A stretch of DNA of 64,000 bases from Candidatus Woesearchaeota archaeon (GTDB lineage: Archaea > Nanobdellota > Nanobdellia > Woesearchaeales > UBA10216). A program made the translations under genes and the position numbers. This document shows, in pieces, positions 36,734-45,654 of the stretch (the stretch's first letter is position 1; every line of letters begins with the position of its first letter). The stretch spans positions 2,652 to 66,651 of the forward strand of contig JACPBX010000003.1 of NCBI GenBank assembly GCA_016180085.1, in the 5' to 3' direction. Under the pieces are notes generated by a model, which saw nothing but the letters and a program-made list of their open reading frames with translations, made no database searches and was not told the DNA's origin.

Positions 36734-36901
36734 TCAGAATTTTCCACTAGTCTTTGACTAGTGGCAGAACCTGTTATTCTGCCAAATTCCATTGAGGAAA
36801 ATTCTGAGCACTAAGCAGCATCGGCAGCAGCCGATGCGCAGAGACAGCAAAGCTGTCTCTGAACCACCCATATAATCCCACCCGTCTCTGATGGGTGGTT
36901 C
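36734..36901. other. Cluster of perfect stem-loops (possible structured RNA or multi-hairpin terminator)
   Basis: A 12-bp outer stem (36734-45/36796-807) encloses hairpins 36744-64 and 36763-83. These are followed by hairpins 36818-37, 36840-60 and 36861-901. Confidence 0.5.
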
Positions 36902-36937
36902 TTTAGAGCAAAAGCCTAAAGCCAGGAAAATCAGAAA

Positions 36938-37285
36938 TCAGTAAACTGCCTTTTTGCCCCTGCTCTCCTGTAAGCACTTCTCAAAAACAGGGTTTTCAAT
37001 CCACCCGCATCTGCCTTCAACACAGCCGCAGCTTGTCAGCTTCAGGCAGTCGTATTCTGCCCGGTACTCGCAAGTCGTTATCAACCCTTCAGCCTCAGCA
37101 GCTGTTGTGCACACCTGCCCCGAGCACCCTCCAACGCCGCAGTCAGAGTCAGTGCTGCATTCAGGCTGCAGTTGCGTGTCATTTCTGGTTTTATTTTCCT
37201 GTGGTTGCAAAGGTGTGCATGCTGCAATTATCAGGATTGCGGCCGTTATAATGGTCATAATAAGAAAAGTAGGAGCATGCTTCAT
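36938..37285 (-). CDS. Small secreted Cys-rich lipoprotein (multi-cysteine-cluster domain)
   Basis: MKHAPTFLIMTIITAAILIIAAC lipobox, then about 10 Cys in 80 aa (CSTDSDCGVGGCSGQVC...CGCVEGRCGW). TATA ttttataat lies 22 nt upstream of ATG 37285. Confidence 0.65.
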   Translation of the reverse strand: MKHAPTFLIMTIITAAILIIAACTPLQPQENKTRNDTQLQPECSTDSDCGVGGCSGQVCTTAAEAEGLITTCEYRAEYDCLKLTSCGCVEGRCGWIENPVFEKCLQESRGKKAVY

Positions 37286-37399
37286 ACTACCCGCGCTGTC
37301 TGCGCATTTTATAATCATTTCGGTTATGTCAGTAATTTCTGCTTTCAGCGAGATCGGAATACAATATTTTACTACTTCATAATGGTTAAAATAGAAAGG

Positions 37400-37407
37400 T
37401 TTATATA
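37400..37407 (+). promoter_or_regulatory. TATA box for leaderless 37430 gene
   Basis: tttatata lies 23 nt upstream of ATG 37430. Confidence 0.5.
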
Positions 37408-37429
37408 CTGCCCTGCATCATGGTCGTGC

Positions 37430-38821
37430 ATGTTGCAGGACTTGAGTGGCATAGAACTCTTTGAACGCGCAGATAGTGAGAAGATCCTCGCAGCAGAAGA
37501 GGGAACTCCCGGCCAGTCGGACCATTTTCTTGCAGAGTATTATGTGAGAACTGGTGAGATGAGATTTATCCTCACTGTAGAGAAAGGCGGTGAGCTCGAA
37601 AAGAAGGTGTGGACATATTATCTGCCTACAGGCAGCGGATATGCACCAGGCGGATCGCTTCAAGATGAAGACCTCACAATCATTCAGAGGGGCATAAGAG
37701 CCGTTGAGCAAGCACATCATACCCGTCTTTCAGCACCACCGCGAAAAGATTTAGAAGGTGTTCTTCGGGATGTAACGCATCGCGAAACTGAAGACATTAC
37801 AGACAGCACGCGCTTTTCGGCAGGGGACTGCATACTGGTGCAAAATAGTCCAGGAGAAATTATTGTCGCAAAAGTATCAAAAGCAGAGGTGGAAAACATT
37901 CCAGGCATTCCCGGAAAAATCTTGCGTCTCTACACAGAGGGCGATTCATTGCTTGGCAGCGGGGTAGCCATCTCCAATGGGAAAGTAAGATATGATGAGT
38001 TTGGTCCAGACTGGTGGCCTTCCAAATTGAAGGTTGTTTTCGCTACTGGCTTCGAAGAGGGAAGGCAAGCAGAGGGAAAAAAAGTGTGGAAAATCTCAGA
38101 AGCCGAAGCGCGCATATTGGCAAAATACGTGAGCGCGATTAAAGACCCGACACCTGCATCAAGCATGAACAGGAGCGAACTTGTCACATATGCTGCATTA
38201 CAATCGTTGCAATACGAGCGTTGGGGTCTCGACGAAATAGAGTTTTTGAGTCGTGGGAATGAACAAAAAAAGAGACGGCTTTTGGAGCATAGGTACAAAG
38301 ATGTCACAGCGGAAAATTATGGAAGAGCCATTGACACGCTCGTTGAAAGAGTTGGGGAAGGCACGTTTGTTAATGTTGCAAAAAAAATTTTTGAGGAACA
38401 TCTCAGGGGTTTGCACACGAAGCTCCATCTTGAGTCCACTCCTTTCCAGCCTCACTCAGATATCGGGCCTCTGTCGGAAATGTACACAAAAGCGGCTCAC
38501 GATGCAATCAGGGGGGTGCATCCTGTTCCGAGAACGATGGAAGAAAGTGGGTTTGTGGTAAATGTTAAGACGCTCTTTGGCGATCCTGACTTCTGGGCTG
38601 CACTGCGCACGCGTCATGCCGGTGCATTCAACGAGCTTGTGGACTACGTGGAGGGCCTCCCGCATGATTTTGAGCAGCGAAACTACGGTGCCAGAACACG
38701 CATCGATCCTGTCGCGCTTGTGCAGCAATATTTCCCAAATGCGCATGCAGAAATCACAGGGAGCAGGCCGGATTTCACATCCGCCACTCCAAAAGCGATC
38801 AGGGTCGTAGGGAAGAACTAG
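37430..38821 (+). CDS. Hypothetical protein (463 aa), no recognisable domain
   Basis: Long ORF with balanced composition. The track start at 37172 overlaps the opposite gene, so ATG 37430 after the TATA is preferred. Confidence 0.6.
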   Translation: MLQDLSGIELFERADSEKILAAEEGTPGQSDHFLAEYYVRTGEMRFILTVEKGGELEKKVWTYYLPTGSGYAPGGSLQDEDLTIIQRGIRAVEQAHHTRLSAPPRKDLEGVLRDVTHRETEDITDSTRFSAGDCILVQNSPGEIIVAKVSKAEVENIPGIPGKILRLYTEGDSLLGSGVAISNGKVRYDEFGPDWWPSKLKVVFATGFEEGRQAEGKKVWKISEAEARILAKYVSAIKDPTPASSMNRSELVTYAALQSLQYERWGLDEIEFLSRGNEQKKRRLLEHRYKDVTAENYGRAIDTLVERVGEGTFVNVAKKIFEEHLRGLHTKLHLESTPFQPHSDIGPLSEMYTKAAHDAIRGVHPVPRTMEESGFVVNVKTLFGDPDFWAALRTRHAGAFNELVDYVEGLPHDFEQRNYGARTRIDPVALVQQYFPNAHAEITGSRPDFTSATPKAIRVVGKN

Positions 38822-38867
38822 GGCCAGGCTTTGGCCTCATGTCGGGGTTGGCATTTTTGTGCTTTAA

Positions 38868-41069
38868 TTATTTCGCAAAATTCAGATTTACCTTGTTAAT
38901 CTCATCCAAACCGTCAAGGCCGTTCATCTTTATCATCCTGTCTGAAAGGGTGTAAAGCACATCATCCATGTAGAGGCTTCTTTTCACGTCATATTCCGAG
39001 CGGAAGTAGTAGCCGCTCTTTAGCAAAGCTTCCCTTCCTTCCTCGCCGTCAAGGTGCGTTATCCTGCCCTTCAGCCCAAAGCCATTTTCGGTGTCAAGGC
39101 TGAACACGTAAGCCCCTTGCCACACATACTCGCCATAAGCGTAAGGCGGCACCTTGCCTTCAGCATATCTGCTTTCATCAATCTCAGCCAGCAGCACAGG
39201 AATTACCAGCAGGTTCTTTTGCCTGCTGAACAGGAATGCCTTGTGGTCCTGCAGCGCATAGGAGTCTGTTCCGCGGTCTCCAATGTTGTACTTCGCAACC
39301 TCCCTCGGATTTTCAGGGTCTGAAACATCAAACAGCGCCAGCTTTATGCCCTGGTACCATGCAAAGTCTCCGGTTTCAGCCTCTGCTGCTTCCTTTCCCA
39401 GGCCGATGACGTGGTTTTCGTCGTAAGGATGGAGGTAGTCTGAGTAGCCCGGTATCTTCAGCTTGCCCAGCACCCTGGGCGCAGTCGGCTCGCTCAAATC
39501 AATCACGAAGAGCGGGTCAACCTTCTTAAAAGTGACCATGTATGCCCTGTCTCCCATGAACCTCGCAGAGTAAATCTTCTCTCCCGGAGCCAGGTCCTCA
39601 ACAGCCCCGACAACTTTAAGGCTTTTGTCAAGAACATATATGTGGTTTTGCGATCTTGCCCCTCCTTCAAACCGTGAAACCTGCCCTGTTGTTGTGGCTA
39701 TCCTAAAATAGCTGTCGTGCTCATCCATTGAGAACTGGTTCAGCACATGGCCTGGAACACTGCCTTGGCCTTCATAGTCTATCCTGCCGCTGCTTATCGC
39801 TATCTTGTGCACTACTGTCTTTTCAGTTTCCTTCGCAAGCTTCTCCTCAAAAGCTACCATTCTTTGCTGAGCCTTTTCCTCAAGTTGCTTTGTTTCCTCC
39901 TTATTCAGGCTGCTGACGTACTTGTTTAGCGCTTCTCCAATCTGCCGAGTTTTCTCTCCGGCTTCAATGGCTGATTTCCTTATCTCGCCTATTCTGGCAG
40001 CGACAATTCCGGGAACTACCGGGACAACAACCTCGTCTATTATGTTGTCCATCGTGTAAAAGTCATTCCATTTCGTGTACGTGATGTAAATGTTGCCCAA
40101 AGATACGTACATGTTCTGCGCGCTTCCTGAAAGGAACGTCTTGCTTGTGTAGTCCTCAGCGTTGTTTTGGGTGTTTACCGAGATTATGTTCACGTAATTG
40201 TAGTTATAGTCAGGGCTGTCAAAGTAGTAGATGTCTGCTGCAGCCACTTCCCTGGCAGCTGCGTTGCCCTCGCTTATGATTGGAAGAGGAACCGGCTGAG
40301 GCTCGTAATAGTACACTTGTTGACTGGCAACTGCATAAACATAGTCGCCAATCATCCTGGCATCGTGATAGTTGCCGCTGACTGTCAGGTTTCTTGCAAG
40401 CACAGGGCTTTCCCTGTTGCTTATGTCGTAAACTTCCATGAGCATGAATGTTCCAGAGTACCTTATTGGCCGCTTAACCACTGCAGGGCTTGCAATGCTC
40501 ACGCCAACAGTGCCAATAGATGTCTCTTCTAGACCGTTGCCGTAGCTGTAGTCCTGCCCAAGCACAACCAGCCTGTCCTTGTTCACAAAAATCTCGGCAG
40601 GGTTTCCTTTCAGTGCAGTTTCAGAAACAACCCTTGCGTTTTCAGCAGGATAAGCATCAACAATGACCAGCTTATTGCCGGCTATAGTGTAGATGTATTT
40701 GCCATCGTTCTTAACAATATCAGCTTCATCAACGCCTTCAACCTGTATGTTCGTTGCTGAGAAGTCATCAGACCTTACTGCCGCAGCAGCTGACGACTCA
40801 GCAACAGTGCTGGTTGCCATGGTAGTGGCAAATGCCTGCGTTTTTGCAAATGAGCTTCCAAATCCCCCATTAAAGCCGCTGCTGTAACTAAGCTTTTCAC
40901 GGCTCGCTTTTAGAAAATCAGTCAGCTCATCATAAGAATTAAACTTCTTCAGCCGATTCTGCCCTTCAGTGCCTGGCTGGCTGCCTGCGAACAGCAGCGC
41001 CCCGCCTATGAAGCCAACAAAGACCAATGCCAATGCCGCCAGTGCAAAATTCTTGTTCATAACCATCAC
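38868..41069 (-). CDS. Secreted beta-propeller domain protein (COG4880-like)
   Basis: N-terminal TM/signal, NIQVEGVDEADIVKNDGKYIY and repeated blade-like segments. Confidence 0.75.
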   Translation of the reverse strand: MMVMNKNFALAALALVFVGFIGGALLFAGSQPGTEGQNRLKKFNSYDELTDFLKASREKLSYSSGFNGGFGSSFAKTQAFATTMATSTVAESSAAAAVRSDDFSATNIQVEGVDEADIVKNDGKYIYTIAGNKLVIVDAYPAENARVVSETALKGNPAEIFVNKDRLVVLGQDYSYGNGLEETSIGTVGVSIASPAVVKRPIRYSGTFMLMEVYDISNRESPVLARNLTVSGNYHDARMIGDYVYAVASQQVYYYEPQPVPLPIISEGNAAAREVAAADIYYFDSPDYNYNYVNIISVNTQNNAEDYTSKTFLSGSAQNMYVSLGNIYITYTKWNDFYTMDNIIDEVVVPVVPGIVAARIGEIRKSAIEAGEKTRQIGEALNKYVSSLNKEETKQLEEKAQQRMVAFEEKLAKETEKTVVHKIAISSGRIDYEGQGSVPGHVLNQFSMDEHDSYFRIATTTGQVSRFEGGARSQNHIYVLDKSLKVVGAVEDLAPGEKIYSARFMGDRAYMVTFKKVDPLFVIDLSEPTAPRVLGKLKIPGYSDYLHPYDENHVIGLGKEAAEAETGDFAWYQGIKLALFDVSDPENPREVAKYNIGDRGTDSYALQDHKAFLFSRQKNLLVIPVLLAEIDESRYAEGKVPPYAYGEYVWQGAYVFSLDTENGFGLKGRITHLDGEEGREALLKSGYYFRSEYDVKRSLYMDDVLYTLSDRMIKMNGLDGLDEINKVNLNFAK

Positions 41070-41165
41070 CTTCTCGTCTGAAAATCGTTTGATAAACTGC
41101 CGGTAAGACGCTCTTTTATTTATAACCCCAAGTAGGCTTCAATTTGGCTTGAAGTTATGGCATGG

Positions 41166-41855
41166 TCAGCTTTGCCTTGACCTTTCCCTGATTACATCGT
41201 AAATCAGGTACACAACTAGGGCAAACAAAGCCCCAACAGCAAACCACAAGGCTATGTTTGCGGGCTGCTGGACCGTTTGCACAACCACTTCCCTGATTAC
41301 AGGAGATGCTGTTGCATTCGCAACCCCTTCCGCAGCCTCAGATGCAGCTTTTGCCGCTTGAGGAACAACTGCTTCAGCAGCCTTTTGCGCAATTTGCTGT
41401 GCAGAATATGATGCTGTAAAGCTTCTGCCTATCGCTCCTTGCTGCAGAACGCTAAAAAGCTGTATGGCAATCCCTGTAGCAGCCACTACCCCAACAACCG
41501 GCAGAATCCTCTTGAGCTTATTAGCTAAGCTCTCAGTAGCAGTGGCTTTAGGCGCAATAATGATGTACTTGTTGGCGAGGCTGTAATGCAGCACCTCACG
41601 TCCTTTCGGTGAGTAGTGGAACTCCTCCGCCTTTACAATTCCGCTCTGCAGAAGCTGCTTAAGGTTGTAATGCACAGTCGAAAGGGGCATCCTCAGGTCC
41701 TTTGCTACCTCTGTTTCTGTCGCGTGCTTCTCCTTTACGGCCAGGTAATCAAGGATTCTCCTGCATACGTCGTTGCTGACTATCTGCGCAAGCTGCTTCG
41801 CCCTGCTCTCTTCCAGCGAAACCAGCAAAAAATTCTTTGAGGCCATGGCAGCCAA
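41166..41855 (-). CDS. Membrane-tethered ArsR-like wHTH regulator
   Basis: ILDYLAVKEKHATETEVAKDLRMPLSTVHYNLKQLLQSGIV, plus TM segments in the C-terminal half. Confidence 0.7.
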   Translation of the reverse strand: MAAMASKNFLLVSLEESRAKQLAQIVSNDVCRRILDYLAVKEKHATETEVAKDLRMPLSTVHYNLKQLLQSGIVKAEEFHYSPKGREVLHYSLANKYIIIAPKATATESLANKLKRILPVVGVVAATGIAIQLFSVLQQGAIGRSFTASYSAQQIAQKAAEAVVPQAAKAASEAAEGVANATASPVIREVVVQTVQQPANIALWFAVGALFALVVYLIYDVIRERSRQS

Positions 41856-42023
41856 AGCATTAACAACGCCTATAAATATCCTTTCAAAGCTTCAAGCGCG
41901 ATTGCAGTTATTAATTTATACTAGCCCGACTAACCAGTGTATGGAGGAAATAAGGCTTTCCTCCCGGCAAGGCATGTCGCACTCACTTTTCAGCATAGTG
42001 CCTAAATTATTCGTGGAGCCAAA

Positions 42024-42581
42024 ATGAAAACCTCAAAAACAAGCCAAAACCGCTTCATAACCCTTCTTCTGACAGGCACTCCAGGCACCGGAAAGACGTG
42101 GCTGGCTAAAAAACTCTCACTTTTACTGGATTATGCGTACTTTGATGTTGGCTTGTTCATGAAGAAGGCTCGCCTTTACAGCAGCTACGACAGGAAAAGG
42201 CGCACCTACGTTGTAGACGAGGCAAAACTGGCCAGTTCACTCATAAAAGTGAGGGAAAAGTCTCTGGAAGCCTTTAAAGCCTCTAAAACAGGCAAAAAGG
42301 GCATAATTTTCGACTCTCACATGTCTCACTGCCTGCCTTCCAAGTACTCTGATTTGTGCATTGTGACAAGCTGCGGCTTAAAAACCCTTCAGCAGCGGCT
42401 AAGAAGGAAGGGCTACAGCCAGGCAAAGGTAAGGGAAAACCTGGATGCTGAGATCTTCGATACGTGCCTTTCCGAGGCGCAGGAAAACGGCCATAAAGTC
42501 CTGAACTTTGACAGCACCGCAGCCAAAAATTCTGATGTAAAAGCTCTTGCAGGCCGCATAAAGAAACTAGTCCGGACTTAG
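42024..42581 (+). CDS. Adenylate kinase isoenzyme 6 / Fap7-like NTPase
   Basis: Walker A LLTGTPGTGKTWLA, about 185 aa. Confidence 0.65.
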   Translation: MKTSKTSQNRFITLLLTGTPGTGKTWLAKKLSLLLDYAYFDVGLFMKKARLYSSYDRKRRTYVVDEAKLASSLIKVREKSLEAFKASKTGKKGIIFDSHMSHCLPSKYSDLCIVTSCGLKTLQQRLRRKGYSQAKVRENLDAEIFDTCLSEAQENGHKVLNFDSTAAKNSDVKALAGRIKKLVRT

Positions 42582-42618
42582 TCCGGATTCAGTCCGGACT
42601 TAGTTCGTTAACGAACTT
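42569..42618. repeat. Array A: four tandem 11-nt units (AGTCCGGAyTt) ending in gaactt
   Basis: The units are agtccggactt agtccggattc agtccggactt agttcgttaac, followed by gaactt. The array spans the ends of two convergent genes. Confidence 0.9.
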
Positions 42619-43297
42619 CCTCCAAACTGTTTTTTTCAGCCAAAATTACCTTCTTCGAGCCCTTTTCGCTGTGCCTTATCATCCTTTTGTGCTTTAGCTC
42701 CCTAAAATAATCGTAGAATGCAGTCCTTCCGCACAGCGCCTTCTCTCCGACGATGATTTCCTCAATTTCCCTTGTTGAGTGGGTTTCTTTTGCTGCAATT
42801 TCAAGGATTTGTTTCAGTATGTAATCTTTTCGCCTGCTCCTTATAGCCGTTACGACCTTGTTTTCAAAATAAGTCCGTTTTCGGTCCGGATTTAGTTCGG
42901 ATTTAGTTCGGATTAAGTCCGGAAACGAACTTGTTTTTGCCTCTTTCAGCCCCGCTTTTAGCTCTTCCCTAAGGCCTTGTATTGCTGCTTTAAGCTCCGA
43001 AGCGTCTGCCTTTAGCCCTGCAATCAGGGTTTTGTGCTCTCCCAGCTCCCTTTGGGTCTTGGTGTGCCTTTGTTCGTTGAGCAGGTCCTTGTGCTTAAGG
43101 AATTTGACCCACGAGCTTAGCAGGGTAATGTCTTGCTTTACCTTTGAGAACGCAGCTACGACCTTTCCTTCAATCACCGCAAAAGGGGATATAGAAAGCT
43201 CACCGGAAGGCCTTTCCTGCCAACCCACCTGCCGCTCCTCTCGTCTTTTCTCACTTCTTCTGCTTCTTGCGCCGAAAAGTAGGTCCAGAATTCCCAT
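42608..43297 (-). CDS. Hypothetical coiled-coil protein with C-terminal wHTH-like domain (229 aa)
   Basis: The ATG at 43297 follows TATA atttaaat (43324-31). A heptad-like LKA.. region is present, and the C-terminus reads REIEEIIVGEKALCGRTAFYDYFRELKHKRMI. Confidence 0.55.
   Translation of the reverse strand: MGILDLLFGARSRRSEKRREERQVGWQERPSGELSISPFAVIEGKVVAAFSKVKQDITLLSSWVKFLKHKDLLNEQRHTKTQRELGEHKTLIAGLKADASELKAAIQGLREELKAGLKEAKTSSFPDLIRTKSELNPDRKRTYFENKVVTAIRSRRKDYILKQILEIAAKETHSTREIEEIIVGEKALCGRTAFYDYFRELKHKRMIRHSEKGSKKVILAEKNSLEEVR
42872..42932. repeat. Array B: five tandem 11-nt units of the same family, ending in gaactt
   Basis: The units are agtccgttttc ggtccggattt agttcggattt agttcggatta agtccggaaac, followed by gaactt. 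The array lies inside the 42608-43297 CDS and is out of register with codons. Confidence 0.9.
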
Positions 43298-43478
43298 GGT
43301 TGAGGTTATACTGTAGGAAACGTATTTAAATACTTTGCCCACAGGAGAAAAAGTGAGCATTTTTGCTTCATTATGCTTCACTACAGCAACTGCCTGCCCT
43401 GTGTTGAGGCGATTGCAGTTGCCAAATACGTCAAAACAGGTCAAAATAGTTCGCATAAAAATCTAAAAGTGAGGGTTT

Positions 43479-44543
43479 ATGAGGAATCAGATTGCAGCAA
43501 TAGAGCTTAGGGCGCTTGTGGGTGAGCTTAAGCAGCTTGAAGGCTCTTGGCTGGACCAGGTTTATGATTTGGAGGCAGCCGAAGCTAAGCCCGGCAAGGC
43601 GCTGGTGTTCCAGCTTAACAAAAGTGAGGGTAAAAGGTTTCTTGTCTGCCTGGCTCCTTCTTCGGTGTTCTTCTCGGTGAACAAGCCTGCGACCGCAGAG
43701 AAGCAGAGCGGCTTTTGCAGCACGCTGAGGCATCATCTGGGTAATGCCAGGTTGGTTTCAATCAGCCAGCCCGGCTCTGAGCGCATCCTTGAGCTTGTTT
43801 TCTCGTCGAGAAATCAGCAAAGGCAGCTTAGGCTTGTTATTGAACTTTTCAGCAAGGGCAACGTAATCCTGGCAGATGAGAAAGGCGTTATTCTGGGCTG
43901 TGCTGAGCACCAGGCGTGGAAGGACAGGACGGTAAAGCCGGGCTACACATACTCTCTCCCTCCAGCCACTGCTGACTTTGCAGCTATGGCACAGGAGCAA
44001 TTTGCCAAGGCAGTTTTGTCGTCGGGAAAAGACTCTGTGGTGAAGGCGCTGGCTGTCGACCTTGGCCTTTCCGGATTTTATGCTGAAGAGCTCTGTTTGG
44101 CAGCAGCTATTGCGAAAGACAAAAAGCCGCAGCAGCTGTCCCAGCAGGACTTAAGCAGCCTTTATTCGGCATTGCAGCAATTGCTGTCCAGGAAGCAGCC
44201 AATAAACGCTGCCTTGGAGGCAAAAGCCGCAGCCCATATTGCTGAAACTTCCTTGTCGTCTAAAACTGCACCTTACTCAAGGCAGATGAAAGAGCTTGAG
44301 ATTGCTGTTGAGCGGCAGAAAACAGCTGTTTCTGAGCTGGGTAAGGCTGCGCAGGAAGCCACCAAAGCAGCCGAGTTCATCTACGAGCACTACATGGAAA
44401 TCAGGCAAATTCTTGACGACTACAACAGGCTACGCAAGACATTTACTCCTGAACAGCTTAGGGAGTATTTCAGCAGCAACAAGCTTATCAAATCCATCGA
44501 CGAGAAAACAGGCCAGATTGCGCTTGAGATTGGCAACGATTAA
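43479..44543 (+). CDS. NFACT-N (FbpA/Rqc2-like) protein lacking the NFACT-R/DUF814 part
   Basis: N-terminal IAAIELRALVGELKQLEGSWLDQVYD...LVFQL...FLVCL pattern, then coiled coil. It ends at 354 aa. Confidence 0.6.
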   Translation: MRNQIAAIELRALVGELKQLEGSWLDQVYDLEAAEAKPGKALVFQLNKSEGKRFLVCLAPSSVFFSVNKPATAEKQSGFCSTLRHHLGNARLVSISQPGSERILELVFSSRNQQRQLRLVIELFSKGNVILADEKGVILGCAEHQAWKDRTVKPGYTYSLPPATADFAAMAQEQFAKAVLSSGKDSVVKALAVDLGLSGFYAEELCLAAAIAKDKKPQQLSQQDLSSLYSALQQLLSRKQPINAALEAKAAAHIAETSLSSKTAPYSRQMKELEIAVERQKTAVSELGKAAQEATKAAEFIYEHYMEIRQILDDYNRLRKTFTPEQLREYFSSNKLIKSIDEKTGQIALEIGND

Positions 44544-44899
44544 GTTGTGGTCCCAGTGGGTGCGTTCTGCGCTTGGTATTGTGGAGAATTTTTTTCAATT
44601 TCGGCGATTCTGTCGGTCAGTTCTTCCACTTTGTGACTCGCCATAACCGCTTTTACTGTGTGGTATATGGCATATCCCAAAATTAAAGCCCCAGTGCTCA
44701 TTTCAAAAGCCCGTGCCCAATAAGGATAGGATTCTCCGTTTGCTACTGTGTTAACAGCATTATTAACTGCATCATATACTAAATTCCCACCTAAAGCAAA
44801 ACCAATAAAGCCTTTTATACGTCCATCAATGCTCCTCTCGTTCCAAGTTTCTTTTTGGGTTTCTAGCACCTGCAATTCAATGTTTTCGTCTTCCGTCAT
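44540..44899 (-). CDS. Hypothetical small membrane protein
   Basis: Two hydrophobic segments. Convergent 4-nt overlap with 43479-44543. Confidence 0.45.
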   Translation of the reverse strand: MTEDENIELQVLETQKETWNERSIDGRIKGFIGFALGGNLVYDAVNNAVNTVANGESYPYWARAFEMSTGALILGYAIYHTVKAVMASHKVEELTDRIAEIEKNSPQYQAQNAPTGTTT

Positions 44900-44969
44900 A
44901 TTACGTTAGTTTTCCAGTACTTTTATTTAAACTTTTCTATAATTTATTACTTATTAGTAATTACGTATT

Positions 44970-45554
44970 TCAGTAGTAGAAGTCCTTAAAGGCTGCTTCT
45001 TTTGCCGTTTCTTTTCCTCCCTTCGCAGCTGTCGCCTTTGCCTGCATCTTCCCGAACAGCGAGATAAAGACGTCCTTCTCAACAGCTATTCCCGCTGCCG
45101 TCAGCGCATCCGCGAGATTGTAGCCGGAATAATCCGTAGCTGCATCGTATTCCAGCAGCTTTTTTGCTGTGTAGCTGCAAAGAAAGCCATCGTTGAGGGC
45201 GATTACGATATTTTTGCCTTTGTCGTCGAGAAACTCAGTATTTTCTACTGCTGTTTTATGGCTGTTACTGTCGTTTATTCCGTGATTTCTCAGCTCCAGC
45301 CGAATCAGCTCTGCCGCTATCTCCCTGAAGCTGCTTTTGCCTATCCATTGCCGTAATGCCTGTTCGCCTGTAAGCCCCAGGAACGCCCCTAAAGCCTCAC
45401 TTTTTGCCTTTTCAGGCCTTATTAGCCTGCCAAGGTATTTTGACACCTTCTGGCGAGGGCCTGAGCCTGTCCAGCTGTTTGCAACGAGGTAGGCATACTC
45501 CTTTCCGGAAATCCGCTTTATTCTTACGAAAACCATTCCAATCAGCCAATCCAA
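44970..45554 (-). CDS. Hypothetical protein
   Basis: ORF with the N-terminal VRIKRISGKEYAYLV...KVSKYLGRL motif. TATA ttaatatat is upstream. Confidence 0.5.
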   Translation of the reverse strand: MDWLIGMVFVRIKRISGKEYAYLVANSWTGSGPRQKVSKYLGRLIRPEKAKSEALGAFLGLTGEQALRQWIGKSSFREIAAELIRLELRNHGINDSNSHKTAVENTEFLDDKGKNIVIALNDGFLCSYTAKKLLEYDAATDYSGYNLADALTAAGIAVEKDVFISLFGKMQAKATAAKGGKETAKEAAFKDFYY

Positions 45555-45654
45555 TTTTAGGCACTAGGTGATATATTAAGCTTGTGGCGTGCCAACTGCA
45601 ATTGCTGCAGATTTGGCCTTAAAATATCTAAAAGCCGTGTTTCCAGTCTAAGAA

